Shown here: piece by piece, positions 25,965 to 37,795 of the stretch
How positions within the stretch are numbered: the first letter of the stretch is position 1
How the letters are laid out: each line of letters starts with the position of its first letter
Program-made: the position numbers and the translations under genes
The notes under the pieces: model-generated
Told to the model about the DNA's origin: nothing
Seen by the model: the letters and a program-made list of their open reading frames with translations, nothing else
Databases searched by the model: none
Assembly (NCBI RefSeq): GCF_018977255.1
Contig: NW_024704742.1
Coordinates: 103,294,001 to 103,358,000, forward strand
DNA from: Callorhinchus milii
Lineage: Eukaryota
Reading direction: 5' to 3'
DNA: 64,000 bases

Positions 25965-26250
25965 GCTGTTTCCTTCTCTGAGGGGGTATAAATATAAAGT
26001 ATGGTAGTGGATCTAAAAGGAGTTTATGAGGAACTTCTTTACACAGACTGTGGTGAGAATGTGGAACTCACTGTCAGAATGTGGTTGAAGCAAGAAATGT
26101 CAATGCATTTAAGAGTTAAGTTAATGCAACATGAGGGAGAAGAGAATAGAGATGTATGGGAAAGAGGATTAGGAAGGGTTGAGGCTTGTGTGGATTATAA
26201 ACACCAGCATGGACTAGTTGGGCCAAGTGACATTCTATGCAATTCTATAA
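25965..26250 (+). mobile_element. Old CR1 3' end
   Basis: RLFP...FFTQTVVRMWNSL; 3'UTR GGACTAGTTGGGCCAAGTGACATTCTATGCAATTCTAT. Confidence 0.75.
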
Positions 26251-26404
26251 CACCTGCATATGTATTAGCGCTCAATGGATTAGTAGTCCATCGAGTGGTC
26301 CTTTCATGGACCTGCATGAAATGGTTTTCTTCGGGATTGCAATATGTCATAGGTAGATGGGCCACAAGTTGCAAAAAAACCTTCTCTAATTTAACAAAAT
26401 TATA

Positions 26405-26835
26405 TAATATTCCTTGCATTTGATTTACTCCCTATTAACTAAATAGGAATTAAATCAAATGCATATCGTTTCCCAATCACATTCCTCAGAGCGCACCATA
26501 GATTTGCTGTCAAGTGTAGTGACTGTGTATTTGTAGACAAAGCAACCAATCTGTGCACAGCAAGGTGCCAGAAACAACGTGAACCAAATGACCAATGTTA
26601 TCTGAAGGATTTCCAGGTCACTGGAAGAAACTCTCTTTTCTTTTTGATTGGTGTCATGTGGTCTTTACGCCACCTGAACAGACAGATGGAGTGTCAGTTT
26701 GTCTATCTGTAGGGCGGCATCAGATAACAATACAGTGTTCACCCCAGTATTGCACCAGAGTGCAATTGCCCCTGGACTGTGAGATTTGAGGCTACATTCT
26801 TTTGCCCCCGAAAGTACGACAAATTGAACCACAGT
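26405..26835 (-). mobile_element. Old Deu-domain SINE
   Basis: Tail ATTCCTTGCATTTGAT; Deu core GTGTCATGTGGTCTTTACGCCACCTGAACAGACAGATGG. Confidence 0.7.
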
Positions 26836-27684
26836 AACATTCACCCCAATCAGGGTTGTTGGATCCAAAGGCTGCACTCATACCAAGCACCTCCCAGAAC
26901 ACCATCATCTTATGCACTAGGTCACCAGAAACTACTCGATTCAAGGGAGGAAACATAAACCCCATTGTCCTTGTGTTGGTTTGTCAGGAAATTGGAAACC
27001 AAGTACCTAAATTAGTTCCAAATGCTGATACAAAACATCCAGTTAACTGTGTGTGAATTAAGTACTGGGAAAAGGTTTTGCTGTTATATCAAGGAAGAGA
27101 TGAGACAAGTGGAATGAGAAATAAAGCCTTGAGCACTAGTGTTGCCCTTGCCGTCACTTTGGTTTGCAGGATACAGTTGTACCAGTTTCCGCAGATGTGA
27201 ATTAAAGTTTACTCGTAAACAAGTTGCTCTGGGATTAGACTATTTCTAGCAGAGAAAGTAATTGTTTAAAAAAATTTATTTAAATGACACATTGTGAATT
27301 TAACAAGCTTAGTCAAGAAATATTATTGCTTGAAGTGCATAGCTGTGTACCTATTGTTCAGTTGACACACTGAGCTGGTAGTGCTTACTGCAGAACCCTA
27401 TTCTCAGGGCCTGATTTCTTTGTATGATGAAGGACTATCCGTTCTCGTCCCTTTAATTTCACTCAACAACAACTTACATTTATATAGCGCCTTTCACATC
27501 AGGAGGATACCTCAAAGTGCTTTATACAGCTGACTAGGAGCCTGAGCTGGGGGTGGGGGGAATAAAGAGAGGGTGTGGAGGGGGTTGTGGCAATATAGGA
27601 TTTACTGTAAAGTGCAGAGATTACCTATTGTAGCTGAGTATAGAAATACTGGAAAAGGCTGTTACTCTCAATGTGGTGTTTTCC

Positions 27685-28400
27685 AGAGCCAGTTCAACTC
27701 CAAGGAGATCCCATTTACCTCCCCTCCCCCTTTATCCCTGAAGCATTTATTTTGGTCAGCTGGGTGCAAGGGGCAGAAACCCATCACCATCAGCAGAATC
27801 CAAACCAAATTGAGATTTCCATGCATCCCACCTATACGGGGAAATTCCAGAGATAGATTGTTGGAATAGAATGGTCACTCTCTCCCTAGAGGGAAGCATC
27901 CTGCTTATCTAATTCCAGAAATTATTAGATGCAGGTTGGCAAGGCTTGGTACCCAGAATGTGCGTCGGGTACTGCAGAAGTCTAACCAACTAAAACCGCA
28001 TAGCTTGCCACTTTTATCACTGTCTGGCAAGCTCTTCTGCTGCTTATCCAGCTAAGATCACCCTACCCGTTAGGGCTTAGGTTTTCAGGGTTAACAGGAT
28101 CTGAGTAGGATGACTCCCCCCCACCCCCCCAGTGACTGGTCTGCTTTCCAGGTCCTGCCGATGGCCAGACTGGCTGTGCTATCATTAGCAGTGTCTTGGA
28201 ATACTGCAGACCCGCCTGGCTCAGGAACTGGACTACTGAGACCGCCACAGAGAACTGGCTCGATTCCGATATCCCAGCTCAGCTTCAAGGAGAACTCACT
28301 TAATCTCCCAGAGCATAGTCACAGTGATGACCTTTTCACAGTACAGTCCTGAAGTTTGATACCACAACCATTGATCACTCAGATATGCTCAGATTTCTAA
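27685..28400 (-). repeat. Old unclassified interspersed repeat, longest copy (LF-SINE-like motifs)
   Basis: Colinear similarity to 32160-32557, 39515-39700 and 56800-56890; strand inferred from motif resemblance only. Confidence 0.65.
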
Positions 28401-28872
28401 AGAAGATTTATGTTCTTAATAAGATGACTTACAATGTAATTTTATAGAATCCTCACAACAATATATCAATCCATGACTTTTGATGTGTTAAGAAGTCATT
28501 CTTTACAATAAGACCAGCAATGTTGACCATGTTATAAAGAGACAAGGGAATCTTATAACTTGTGTTTGGGTTGTGACTCATACCGTGTCTGAGAATACTA
28601 CAATAGCTGAGGCATTTTCCCGTTGCAGGCAATATTTTAAAATAATCAAGCTGTTTAGGGGATTGCCTCTTCACTCTGGGAGCAGAATTGAAAATGAGGG
28701 GATGTTCTTCAAATTTAAACTAGGCTATTTAAAAATGAGAACCGAAAACATTTTTGTGGAGTTTGACCAAAGGGTGGTGAGCATGTGGAATGTATTGTCC
28801 TGGAAGGTATTAGTCACAGATTGGTGAGGGACGTTTAAGAAATAAACTTGGGAAGTAAGAGTATCAGGAGAT

Positions 28873-29130
28873 ACAACAACATGGCCCTTGTACAATGCCT
28901 TTCACATCGGGAGGCTATCCAAGGCGCAAAGCAAGGTTTGTACTCCAAGCTGCGGGCTGGAATCAAGAGGGGAGGAGGGCAAGGGTGTGATCGCGGGAAG
29001 ATGACCAAAGAGGAAGCTCTTGAGATGAGTCTGGAAGGAGGCTAGGGAGGGGGCAGGATGGAGGGGCTCCAGGATGGAGATCCAGAGGGTGGCTGCAGAA
29101 AGGTTAAAGGCCCTACTTCTGACAGAGAAA
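28873..29130 (-). mobile_element. L2 LINE 3' end
   Basis: SRAFNLSAATLWISI...LASFQTHLKSFLF. Confidence 0.8.
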
Positions 29131-29400
29131 AGGTTAAACATCTACTATTTTCATATGAAATGGTGGAATAGGCTTGATACACTCAATGGCTTGCTGGTTT
29201 CTATGCTCCTAGTGCAGCTTGTTTTGTTGTAAAGTTTTGGGTCCATAAACTGTAATCCCACATTATAACTCTGGGTTATATAAATAATCCCCAGTAAATA
29301 AATGACTCTAGCAGTGTCTGGCATCTGCTGAGCACTCGCAAAAATGGCTGCCAATTTCTTGAGCAACTTCATGACCTGGAAAAGGTTGCTCAAGACAATC

Positions 29401-29768
29401 TTGTCTGACATTGAGTCCTGGACGAGAGACAACTTTCTTCAGCTCAACGTGCGCAAAACTGAGGCCCTCCTGATTGGTTCGCGTCAGCACCTCTGCACAT
29501 CAGTGGCCGGGCTTTCAGCCTCTCAGCCCCTAGGCTCTGGAACTCCATCCCCCAGTGCCTTCACCTTGCTTCCTCCCTTTCCCCCTTGCTCCCTCCCTTC
29601 CCTTCCCTCCCCTCACCCTGACCATTTCCCACCTGTTCGGGTCCCGACCCAACTGTCCAGCGCCTTGGGACGTCCTCCCGACGTGAAAAGCGCTATATCA
29701 AATGCAAGGATTATTATTATTATTATTATTAAAGGTGCTCTATAAATGCAATCTTGTTGCTGTTGTTG
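29401..29768 (+). mobile_element. Young L2 fragment with large internal deletions and a double tail
   Basis: 29401-29498 near-identical to about 53926-54023 ([27 protein letters not shown]), then jumps to the 3' end; SINE-type tail followed by L2-type tail. Confidence 0.92.
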
Positions 29769-29894
29769 TATAGCCAACAGGCAGGAAGATAGCCATTCAG
29801 AGTCGGAGGTGTACCGCTCTTCTGGTATAATGCGATATAAAATAAAGCAATTATATTCTACTTGTAATATTTATAATACTTGTTAGTTCATAAC

Positions 29895-30268
29895 ACTCCC
29901 CAGCTCTTCCCTCCACAAGTTGCAGACTATCCAGTCCTCTCCTGCACCAGGCTCCACTGGCTCCCCATTCCCCAGCAAATTGAATTCAAGATCCTATTCT
30001 CATTTCTAAATCACTTTACTGTCTTGTCCCACCCTACTTCTGTGATTTCCTACAACCTTACCAACCTGGTTGCTCCCTTCACTCAGCGAGCACCAACTAT
30101 CTTCATATCCCCCAGCCTATTCACCTTACCATCAATGGGTGAGCATTCAGTCATTCTGCCCTCCCTATCAGGAACTCCAACATGGAGTCCCTCCCTCCCT
30201 ACCTCCTCCCCTCATTGAAGGTCTATCTTAAGATGAACAGTGCTTCAGCTCCCATCCCCAGCTCAGGA
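29895..30268 (+). mobile_element. Old L2 3' fragment
   Basis: TRLHWLPIPQQIEFKILF. Confidence 0.8.
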
Positions 30269-31225
30269 ACAAAAACAAGTTGCTGTTAACACTCAGCAGG
30301 TCAGGCAGCATCTATGGAGAAAGGAAAGTGAGTCAACGTTTCAGGTCCATGACCCTTCATCAGACCTGGGGCATGTTGGGAGAGAGGCTTTTAAGAGTTA
30401 ACAGAGAGGGGGGAGGTAGGTCAAGGAAGACAGGAGAAAATGGGGTAGAGGACAGGGGATGATGGCTTAAAGAGGTGTTAATGATGCAAAACAAAATGTC
30501 TGATTGCAACAAAACAGGGGAATAGAGATGTTAATACTGTAAAACAAAATTGGGGAGGGGAGGGGGAGGGAAATTGCAACAAAATAGGCAAGCCAGAGAG
30601 AGAAAAGGTGTGTCTGGGACACAGATGATGCGTTAATGGTCACAGAAGAGGGGGAGGGGTAAGGTGAAGGTTATTGTCTGAAATTATTCAAATCAATATT
30701 GAGGCAGAGGGCTGTAAGGTCCTGTAGCAGATAGATGAGATGCTGTTCCTCGAGCTTGCACTGTGGCTCATTTGAACAGCATAGGAGACCATGGATGGAG
30801 TGGTCAGAGTGCGAGTGGGAGGAAGAGTTGAAGTGGGAGGAAACCAGAAGCTCAGGGTTGTGCTTGCGGACAGAAAGGAGCCTTTTGGCAGATCGGTCAC
30901 CCAATCTGCATTTTGTCTCCCCAATGTAGAGGAGACCACATCATGAGCAGCAAATGCAGTAAATAAGTGGTAATACACGTAAATCGCTGTCTCACTTGAA
31001 AACTGTGTTATGAATGGTATGAGAGGAGATGAAAGGGCAGATACTGCATCTCCTGCGCTAGCATGGAAGGAGTGGGGGTGGAGAGCAACTGTTGGTGATA
31101 AAGGAATGAACCAGGGAATCACAAAGGGAACGGTCCCTTCAGAATGTTGGGAGGGGAGGGATAGATATGTTTGGTGATTGGATCATGCTGGAGGTGCCAG
31201 AAATGGCGGAGAATTATTTGCTGGT
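30268..31225 (-). mobile_element. Penelope-like element, 3' part with decayed GIY-YIG endonuclease
   Basis: Minus strand reads IILRHFWHLQHDP, RDRSLCDSLVHS, CGLLYIGETK, GDRSAKRL, HFNSSSHSHSD, KLEEQHLIYLL; typical 3'UTR AGATGCTGCCTGACCTGCTGAG. Confidence 0.92.
30331..30367 (-). ncRNA. Minimal type-I hammerhead ribozyme motif
   Basis: Minus strand AGGT-CTGATGA-AGGGTCatgGACCT-GAAACGTT-GACT: intact core, palindromic ACGT in place of stem III, weak stem I. Confidence 0.6.
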
Positions 31226-32159
31226 AAATAATCCAGCTGAGCTGGGGATCCAGCTCAGAAACCCCAGCCAACAGTGTCAAGCTCTTTGAGACGTCCTCCT
31301 AACATGAAATTATGCTATATAAATATAAATCATATTGTATTAAAAGAGATGCTCCAGCAAATAAATATGTATGTAGTCTGAGCAGGGAGCAGATCACTAA
31401 AACACAGGCTTTGTGACAAAAGAACACAATAACTCTGATTAAGAGACCAGTCACAGGTGTTTTTTCTAAAATTGCCCTCAGAAAAGTATAGTAAAACAAA
31501 AATGATTTTAAGGTTGGAGTGTTGTATGCAGGGAAAATATTACATCATTCTGTTATGGAGCCATAACTTTGAAAGTGTTTTTCACATAGAGAGGCATGGT
31601 GCATAACAATGATGTTCTTTTCCATTGCAAAAATGTACGTGGCAGAACTATTGACCTTGGTTGTCAGTGCGCAGTCAGCTTTTATTGGCATTGACAAGCA
31701 GACACATCACGTTTGACCAAAACTGTCAATAACACTACCAACTATATGCCATACCTCAGCTCCTGATTAACTGTACTAAATGTACTAAAGCACGATCAGC
31801 TTTCCGGGGAGTTCAAAGATTAAGCGGGGGAATACGGTGTTATTATCACGATAAGATTGGTCTCCCCTAATTAATACTGTGTTTGTTACAGTCACACTAG
31901 TGCACCACTTATTTCTGTGCTTTCCTCCAGATCAGCTGGAGAACTGACGTGTTGTGAGGCTGTAATAGCTGTCACTCTCTGATGGGCTTTCCATTAAACT
32001 GAGCCTAACTGGAGGTGGCAGGAACAAACAGCTGTAGTCGGCACAGCCCACCCACGTTGCCAATGGCTGTCATGGCAAAGCAGCAGAAGTGCTCATTTAC
32101 TTGGAATTAATTTGGCAGTGATACATTAACCTTTCTACTGCCAAACAATATTATTGTTC

Positions 32160-32557
32160 CTTTTATTCCAGAGAGTATTACAGCCGAGGCTTGGGGATCC
32201 AAACATGTGGGTTGGGGTATTGCTGGAGTATGACTAGCTAAGACCATATAGCTTGACATTAGAGTTTCCAACTGCTTAACCAGGTAGGCCTACTTTACAT
32301 GTTAAAGCTCTGGTTTGTATGGTTATCAAAAGCTGAGTGGGAGGAATTCCTTCTCCCAGTGGCTAGTCTGGCCCTCCAACCCTCCTGGTGAGCCAGGCTG
32401 GCTGGCCTGCCTTCAGTAGTGTGTTGGAGTGCTGTAGAACTGCCCGATTCAGAAACTGGACTACTGATACAATCACAGTGAATTAACTCAATTCTGACAA
32501 TCACATTTTACTTTGGAGCCAACTCAGCTCCAAAGGGACCCCACTTACCTCCTCCCC
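32160..32557 (-). repeat. Second copy of the unclassified repeat at 27685-28400
   Basis: Shared blocks in the same order: AGGCTTGG, CATAGCTTG/ATAGCTTG, CCCAGTG, AACTGGACTACTGA, CAGCTC(C)AA. Confidence 0.65.
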
Positions 32558-33114
32558 AAATAGCATATTTGTTTAATTTTCAGAAATTTCTGGACAGCAC
32601 ATTTTACTAGCAAGGAATGAGGCTGTGAAGCCAATAGTTTCTTACCATGATTCAGCCTTCAATGAACAATTGGATTTGTATTTTTATTATATTGTGCAAA
32701 TTTGCTTACCTGTCCATAAAGGGCTCCTGACTTCTCAGATGCAATTGTGTCAAAAGAATGTTCATGATGATTTTATTAAAATAGTAATTCATTTTAATTT
32801 GGGGACCAAATAATTCCCTTCATCCAAAGGTGCCATGAGTCTTGAACTGTGCCTATTCATATGTCCCTAGTTTTCAATGGCACTGCACAAGATGGATTTA
32901 TTATCATCTCTAATATTCCACACTGTTCTTCAGAAAAAAACAAGTGTAAAGAAAATGCTCAGGTAAAGATACTTCCAAAATTGTTGCTCATAGTAAAAAA
33001 TAAGTTGACCACAACAGCAAGATCCATTCCATGAGAAATGTTAGAAGCAAATACAAAAAGCAGATCAGAATCCAGTCTGAATCTATTCACAGCTTTGTTG
33101 AGGGTGAATAGGCT

Positions 33115-33360
33115 CTGCACTCCCATCACCCTGAGTCTTACTAGGCTCCACTGGCTCCTTGTTGCATAATGAATTGATTTCATAGCATTCTCATTCTTCC
33201 TTTTAATTCACTTCACACCCTGGCACAACCACAACCCTCCGGGCTACTGACACCCCACTCCTCTATTCACTACCTTCACTCTGCTGGCTCGGGTCTACTA
33301 TACCTTGAATCTCTGGATGGCGTGGAGGGCGCTATATAAATCCAAGTGGTTGTTGTTGTA
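33115..33360 (+). mobile_element. L2 3' fragment (tail type B)
   Basis: AGGCTCCACTGGCTCC; GGAGGGCGCTATATAAATCCAAGTGGTTGTTGTTG. Confidence 0.75.
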
Positions 33361-33513
33361 GTTGGATCTCCTTGTCTCAATACCTTCATCTTGTCCCATC
33401 TCTGCCAGTCTTCAAATCACATCTGATTCTTCTTTGACTTCAGTCTCCTACTCTCCATTTCTGGCTCGTGTCAAGCCATGCCTCTGTTAAGTCATCTGTG
33501 AGGCTACCTATGT

Positions 33514-33812
33514 GATAATAATAAATAATAATAATAAATAAATAATAATAAACCTTGCATTTGATATAGCTCCTTATCATGCCTTTAAGGTGTCTCAAAG
33601 CACTTCACAGAATATACTGTAAAGTGAATTGACTGTGTATTCTGTGGGCAAAACACGGTAGCCAATTGCACACAGCAGTGTCCCACAAACGTGGATTGAG
33701 TGACCAATTTATTTTTAAAAATTTTTTTGAAGGAATTATTATGCCTGGAAAAGCTATCTGCCAATCGATTAACAACCGGGTTCCTACTTACTGCTAGGTA
33801 AACAGAGGTATG
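33514..33812 (-). mobile_element. tRNA-SINE long variant, head missing
   Basis: Long (AAT)n tail at left; middle block CCTACTTACTGCTAGGTAAACAGAGG at right. Confidence 0.88.
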
Positions 33813-33966
33813 TGATGGGTGCTATATAAATGCAAGTTGTTGTAAATAGAAGGGAAAGGTAAATCCTGTCAGAATTAAAGACAAACTTTCATTGCCACTA
33901 GAGTATAAATGGCCAAATACCTTAAACAGAGTCAGCTACAGTGGTATGAGGAAAGGGTAAATAAAT

Positions 33967-34335
33967 GGAGGCCTGTAACTCAATGGTTAGAACACTTGCC
34001 TCTCAAGCGAGAGACCTGGGTTTGATCCCTGGGAGGGTGAAATTTTGGGCAAGTTTCCTTACTCCACACGCTTCTTTTTACCTAGCAGTAAGTAGGAACC
34101 TGGTTGTTAGTCGATTAGTGGATCGCTTTTCCGGGGATAATAATCCCTCAAAGAAAACAATAATAATTTGGTCACTCAATCCACAACTGTTTGTGGGACA
34201 CCGCTGTGCGCAATTGGCTGCCGCGTTTCGTCCACAAATACACAGTCAATTCATTTTACAGTATATTCTGTGAAGCGCTTTGAGAAGTCTAGAAGACGTA
34301 AAAAGCACTATATCAAATGCAATAATTATTATATT
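33967..34335 (+). mobile_element. Full-length tRNA-SINE, long variant
   Basis: GGAGGCCTGTAACTCAATGGTTAGAACAC head through CTGTGAAGCGCTTTGAG...AAATGCAATAATTATT. Confidence 0.92.
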
Positions 34336-35317
34336 TATTATATTACCTAAAACAAGAAGCAAAGGAATAATAATAATTTTATTCTTTTAAATGGGACTGA
34401 AAGGAATGCTCTTGAGGGAGCCGGCATAGACACAATGGGCAGAATGGCCTTTTCTGTGCAGTAAATTTCTACAGCTCTATGTTGTCTTATGGTAGTTCTG
34501 TAGTGGATTAAGAAAAATGTTGGGCAAGCCACTGCACATATTATATTAGCATAGAATAGCACAGAAATATAGGGGGAAATTAATATTCATGCTGAACTGT
34601 CCATGATTCAAGTTACATACATAACTCACAAATAGAGTTTAAAGTTAAATACAGTTAGCAAGCTTCATGCTGGTTGGTTCACATACATTATGTTCATCGC
34701 AAGTATTTTGCATATGTTATTACTGTGTGCAATATGTTTGAAGAGAATCTGGATACAAGCAAAACATCTGGAAACATTAAACATGGACATATCTCATTTT
34801 TTTTGGAGACATCACAACAACATAATGCTATATCAAAGGCAAGGTTTTTTTTATTTAGTAAAGGTAAATACAATTACAGTATTGGAGGCTGTCAATTATC
34901 CCTTATAAACAAAGCAGGGGAGATGCATTTAGCTTTTGCTGAGTAGTAAACGATGTTGAGTGCTTGTACCTAACTAAACAAAATACAGTCAATCTATTTT
35001 ACAGTAAATCCTGTGAAGTGCTTTGAAGCTCCACAATAACGTGATAAGGTACTATGTCAAATGCAAGGATTATTATTATTAATAAGCAAAGTGTCCACAC
35101 ATAAATTTACATGTAAAGGACACAAACATCACAGTGCACGATATGAGTGGTGCCTGATCAGAAACAGTCTTTTTTCTTTACTGCAGACAACTGGTTAGTG
35201 GTCATCTTTGTAATGCACCAAATTGTTTAAATCTTTGATGGTTAAAGTGTAGATTTATTATTTACCATTTAAATAAGAAAGATAAGAGTCAGGAGAACGT
35301 CAAACATATATACCTGC

Positions 35318-35585
35318 AACAAAAACAGAATTCGCTGGGAATATTCAGCAGGTCAGGCAGCATCTATGAAGAAAGGAAAGTGAGTCAACGTTTTGGGTCC
35401 ATGACCCTTCATCAGAGGAAGAGTGTAAATTGCAACAAAATAGGCAGACCAGAGAGAGAAAAGGTGTGCCTGGGTCCCAGATGATGTGGTAATGGTCACA
35501 GAAGAGGGGGAGGGGGAAAGTGAGCTGTTATGGTCTGAAATTATTGAAATCAATATTGAGGCTATAAGGTCCCCAGCAGATAGAT
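35318..35585 (-). mobile_element. Penelope-like 3' end, internally deleted; hammerhead motif at 35383-35415 with G12 mutated
   Basis: Closely matches 30268-30363 and 30570-30735; minus strand CTGATGA-AGGGTCATGGACCC-AAAACGTTGACT. Confidence 0.88.
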
Positions 35586-37524
35586 ACGTACCTGCCTTTC
35601 TTTTATATATGTATAAATTCTAAAAGTAAAGCTACCTGTCAGTAGTGTAAGATTATATCACAGAAGTGCTGAGCAGCTGCTTAGAAGGGAATTAATGTCA
35701 GTTCCGGATCTCCTGCCAGGAAGAGAAGGCATGTAATCCTGCTCTGTTACTGCAGGTCCTCCCTGCTTCACCATCATCACCAGAGTCAACTGAGCACAAA
35801 CCAGCAGCTCATTCTAACCTCAAATGTCAGGTCTCCACAGGGTCCTGGTGCAGTAAGATAATCAGGCATTTCCCCCAGGGAGCAGGAAATTTCAATCTCA
35901 CACAGGGAAAGGACTTTATTTTGAAATGTTGTCCTTTTGACTTCCCCTGACCTTAAGAAATACCATGCTTCAAATGAAGTCATCATTCAGAGACAGATTA
36001 AGATGTTAATATTTCAAGCACCTTGGGATGTCCACCCGAAGTGAACGGCGTTATATAAATGTGAATTTGTATTATTTTGTATTGTTTCTTAAGGGTCGCT
36101 TTGTTCTTTATTTTCTTTTTAATGATCAGCAAAGAATGGTGCAATATCAACAAGTAGATGTTAATTTGAACCAACTAAGCACTCTATTCTTAGAGTCTTG
36201 CTCCATTGGTGCATATTGTTTGTTAATGTTGTGGAGTCTAAATATTGAATCATAGAATCATAGAATTATGTTATGGATTGGTATGGACTGGTTGGGCTGG
36301 ATGGCTGGCTTCAGTGCTGTAAAGTCAAAATCTAGAGATAATCATGTTTGACAATTAAAAGTATGCATAGAATTATTTAATACAGGACTATTAGATGTCA
36401 ACTATTAATTACTGTGATGAAAAGTATTAACAATCGATTTCATACATTAATTGTCAATTTTGTACCCAAACATTCTAAATGTCTCTCTATAGTTTTTTGT
36501 CTTCTCTATACAAAAGAATTAGCTCTATGTTAATGAGAAGAGCATAACCAGAGCTAGGAGTTGCTCATCGCATATCCAGTTACATAGTTGTTTCCCATTC
36601 TCTCCTCTCTTATATATAAATGTTAGTCAGGGGTCTAATTTATGGGTTGTACTAACTATGGGTAAAGAGGGAATTACAGGGACTTGAACAATGGTTACAG
36701 ATTCATTGGTTGTTAATGGTATACTTAAGAGGATCACTTATCCCTCTTTACACATAGTTAGCACAACTCACAAATTAGATCCCTCATCAGTGTTCCATGT
36801 ACTTAGACTTCTTGATGCACATCTCCATCTCATGCATTATCATTCTTCAAGCTTTGATGTTCAAGCAGCAATGCTCAAGCATTATCAAATTTTTCCCATC
36901 AATTGAAACCCATATTCTGACCTCAGTATTATTCTGTGGCTCTGTTACCTGCCCATCCTTCAGTTAAGAATTATCCTTCTGAATACAGAATCTCTTTCTC
37001 AGTTGCTTCCAAACTCAACGTTACATCCGCCTTCACCTCCCAGTTATTTTTATTCACCTCTACCCACTTGCCATTAGTTCAGCTCCAGCACTCAGTCTTT
37101 CAAGTCGTTTTTCCCCTGACTCTTGATTGTTTAAATTTTTCATGAGCATTGATTATTTTTTTAAAAAAATCTGAATTTCTGAATTAATCCCAATTGTTAC
37201 ACGCCTTCAGTATTTCATTTCCTGCTGGTCATTAATTCCATGGCCCATTCTCCCCCACAGTAGTTTTATGAATCTCTGACTCAGGAGCATAGTTCTCGTG
37301 AGTCAGTGTGACCTACATAGATTGCCTGTAATAAAAGTATCTTATGTACCAAAGAGGCTGCACAAGTTCCAGGGATTTCCTTTGCGTTTTCATAAAGTAA
37401 GAACACTACCTCCAGGCATGTTTTGATTGAGTTAGGCCCAAATCCCCTAAATAAGATCATGGAACACTGTTGGTGCTCGAAAATACCTGATGCTGAACAG
37501 GAAACCAAGATTGTGGCAACGAGG

Positions 37525-37795
37525 ATTCTTCGGGCAGGTTTGGCCACTGCCAGCTCAGCAACTACGCCTCCATCCAATGGAACTCCCTCCCTCTATTCCT
37601 CCATCTCACCCCTTTCTGTCTGTCTTTAAATCCCATCTAAAGATCTACCTCTTCAACTGCGCCTATAGGCACTTCTCCCTCCACTCCTCCTCTCTTCCTC
37701 TGCTCAGCATTCAACAATGTCTCTGTGAAGCTCTCCAAGACGTTAACCTACATGAATTAAGCTACTTGTATACAAATGCAAGTTTTGGTTGTTGC
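37525..37795 (+). mobile_element. Old L2 3' end
   Basis: LSVFKSHLKIYLFNCAY; TACAAATGCAAGTTTTGGTTGTTG. Confidence 0.7.

Noticed and set aside
31905..31990. Strong plus-strand acceptor TTTCTGTGCTTTCCTCCAG
   Set aside because: Early stops in all frames and no nearby good donor
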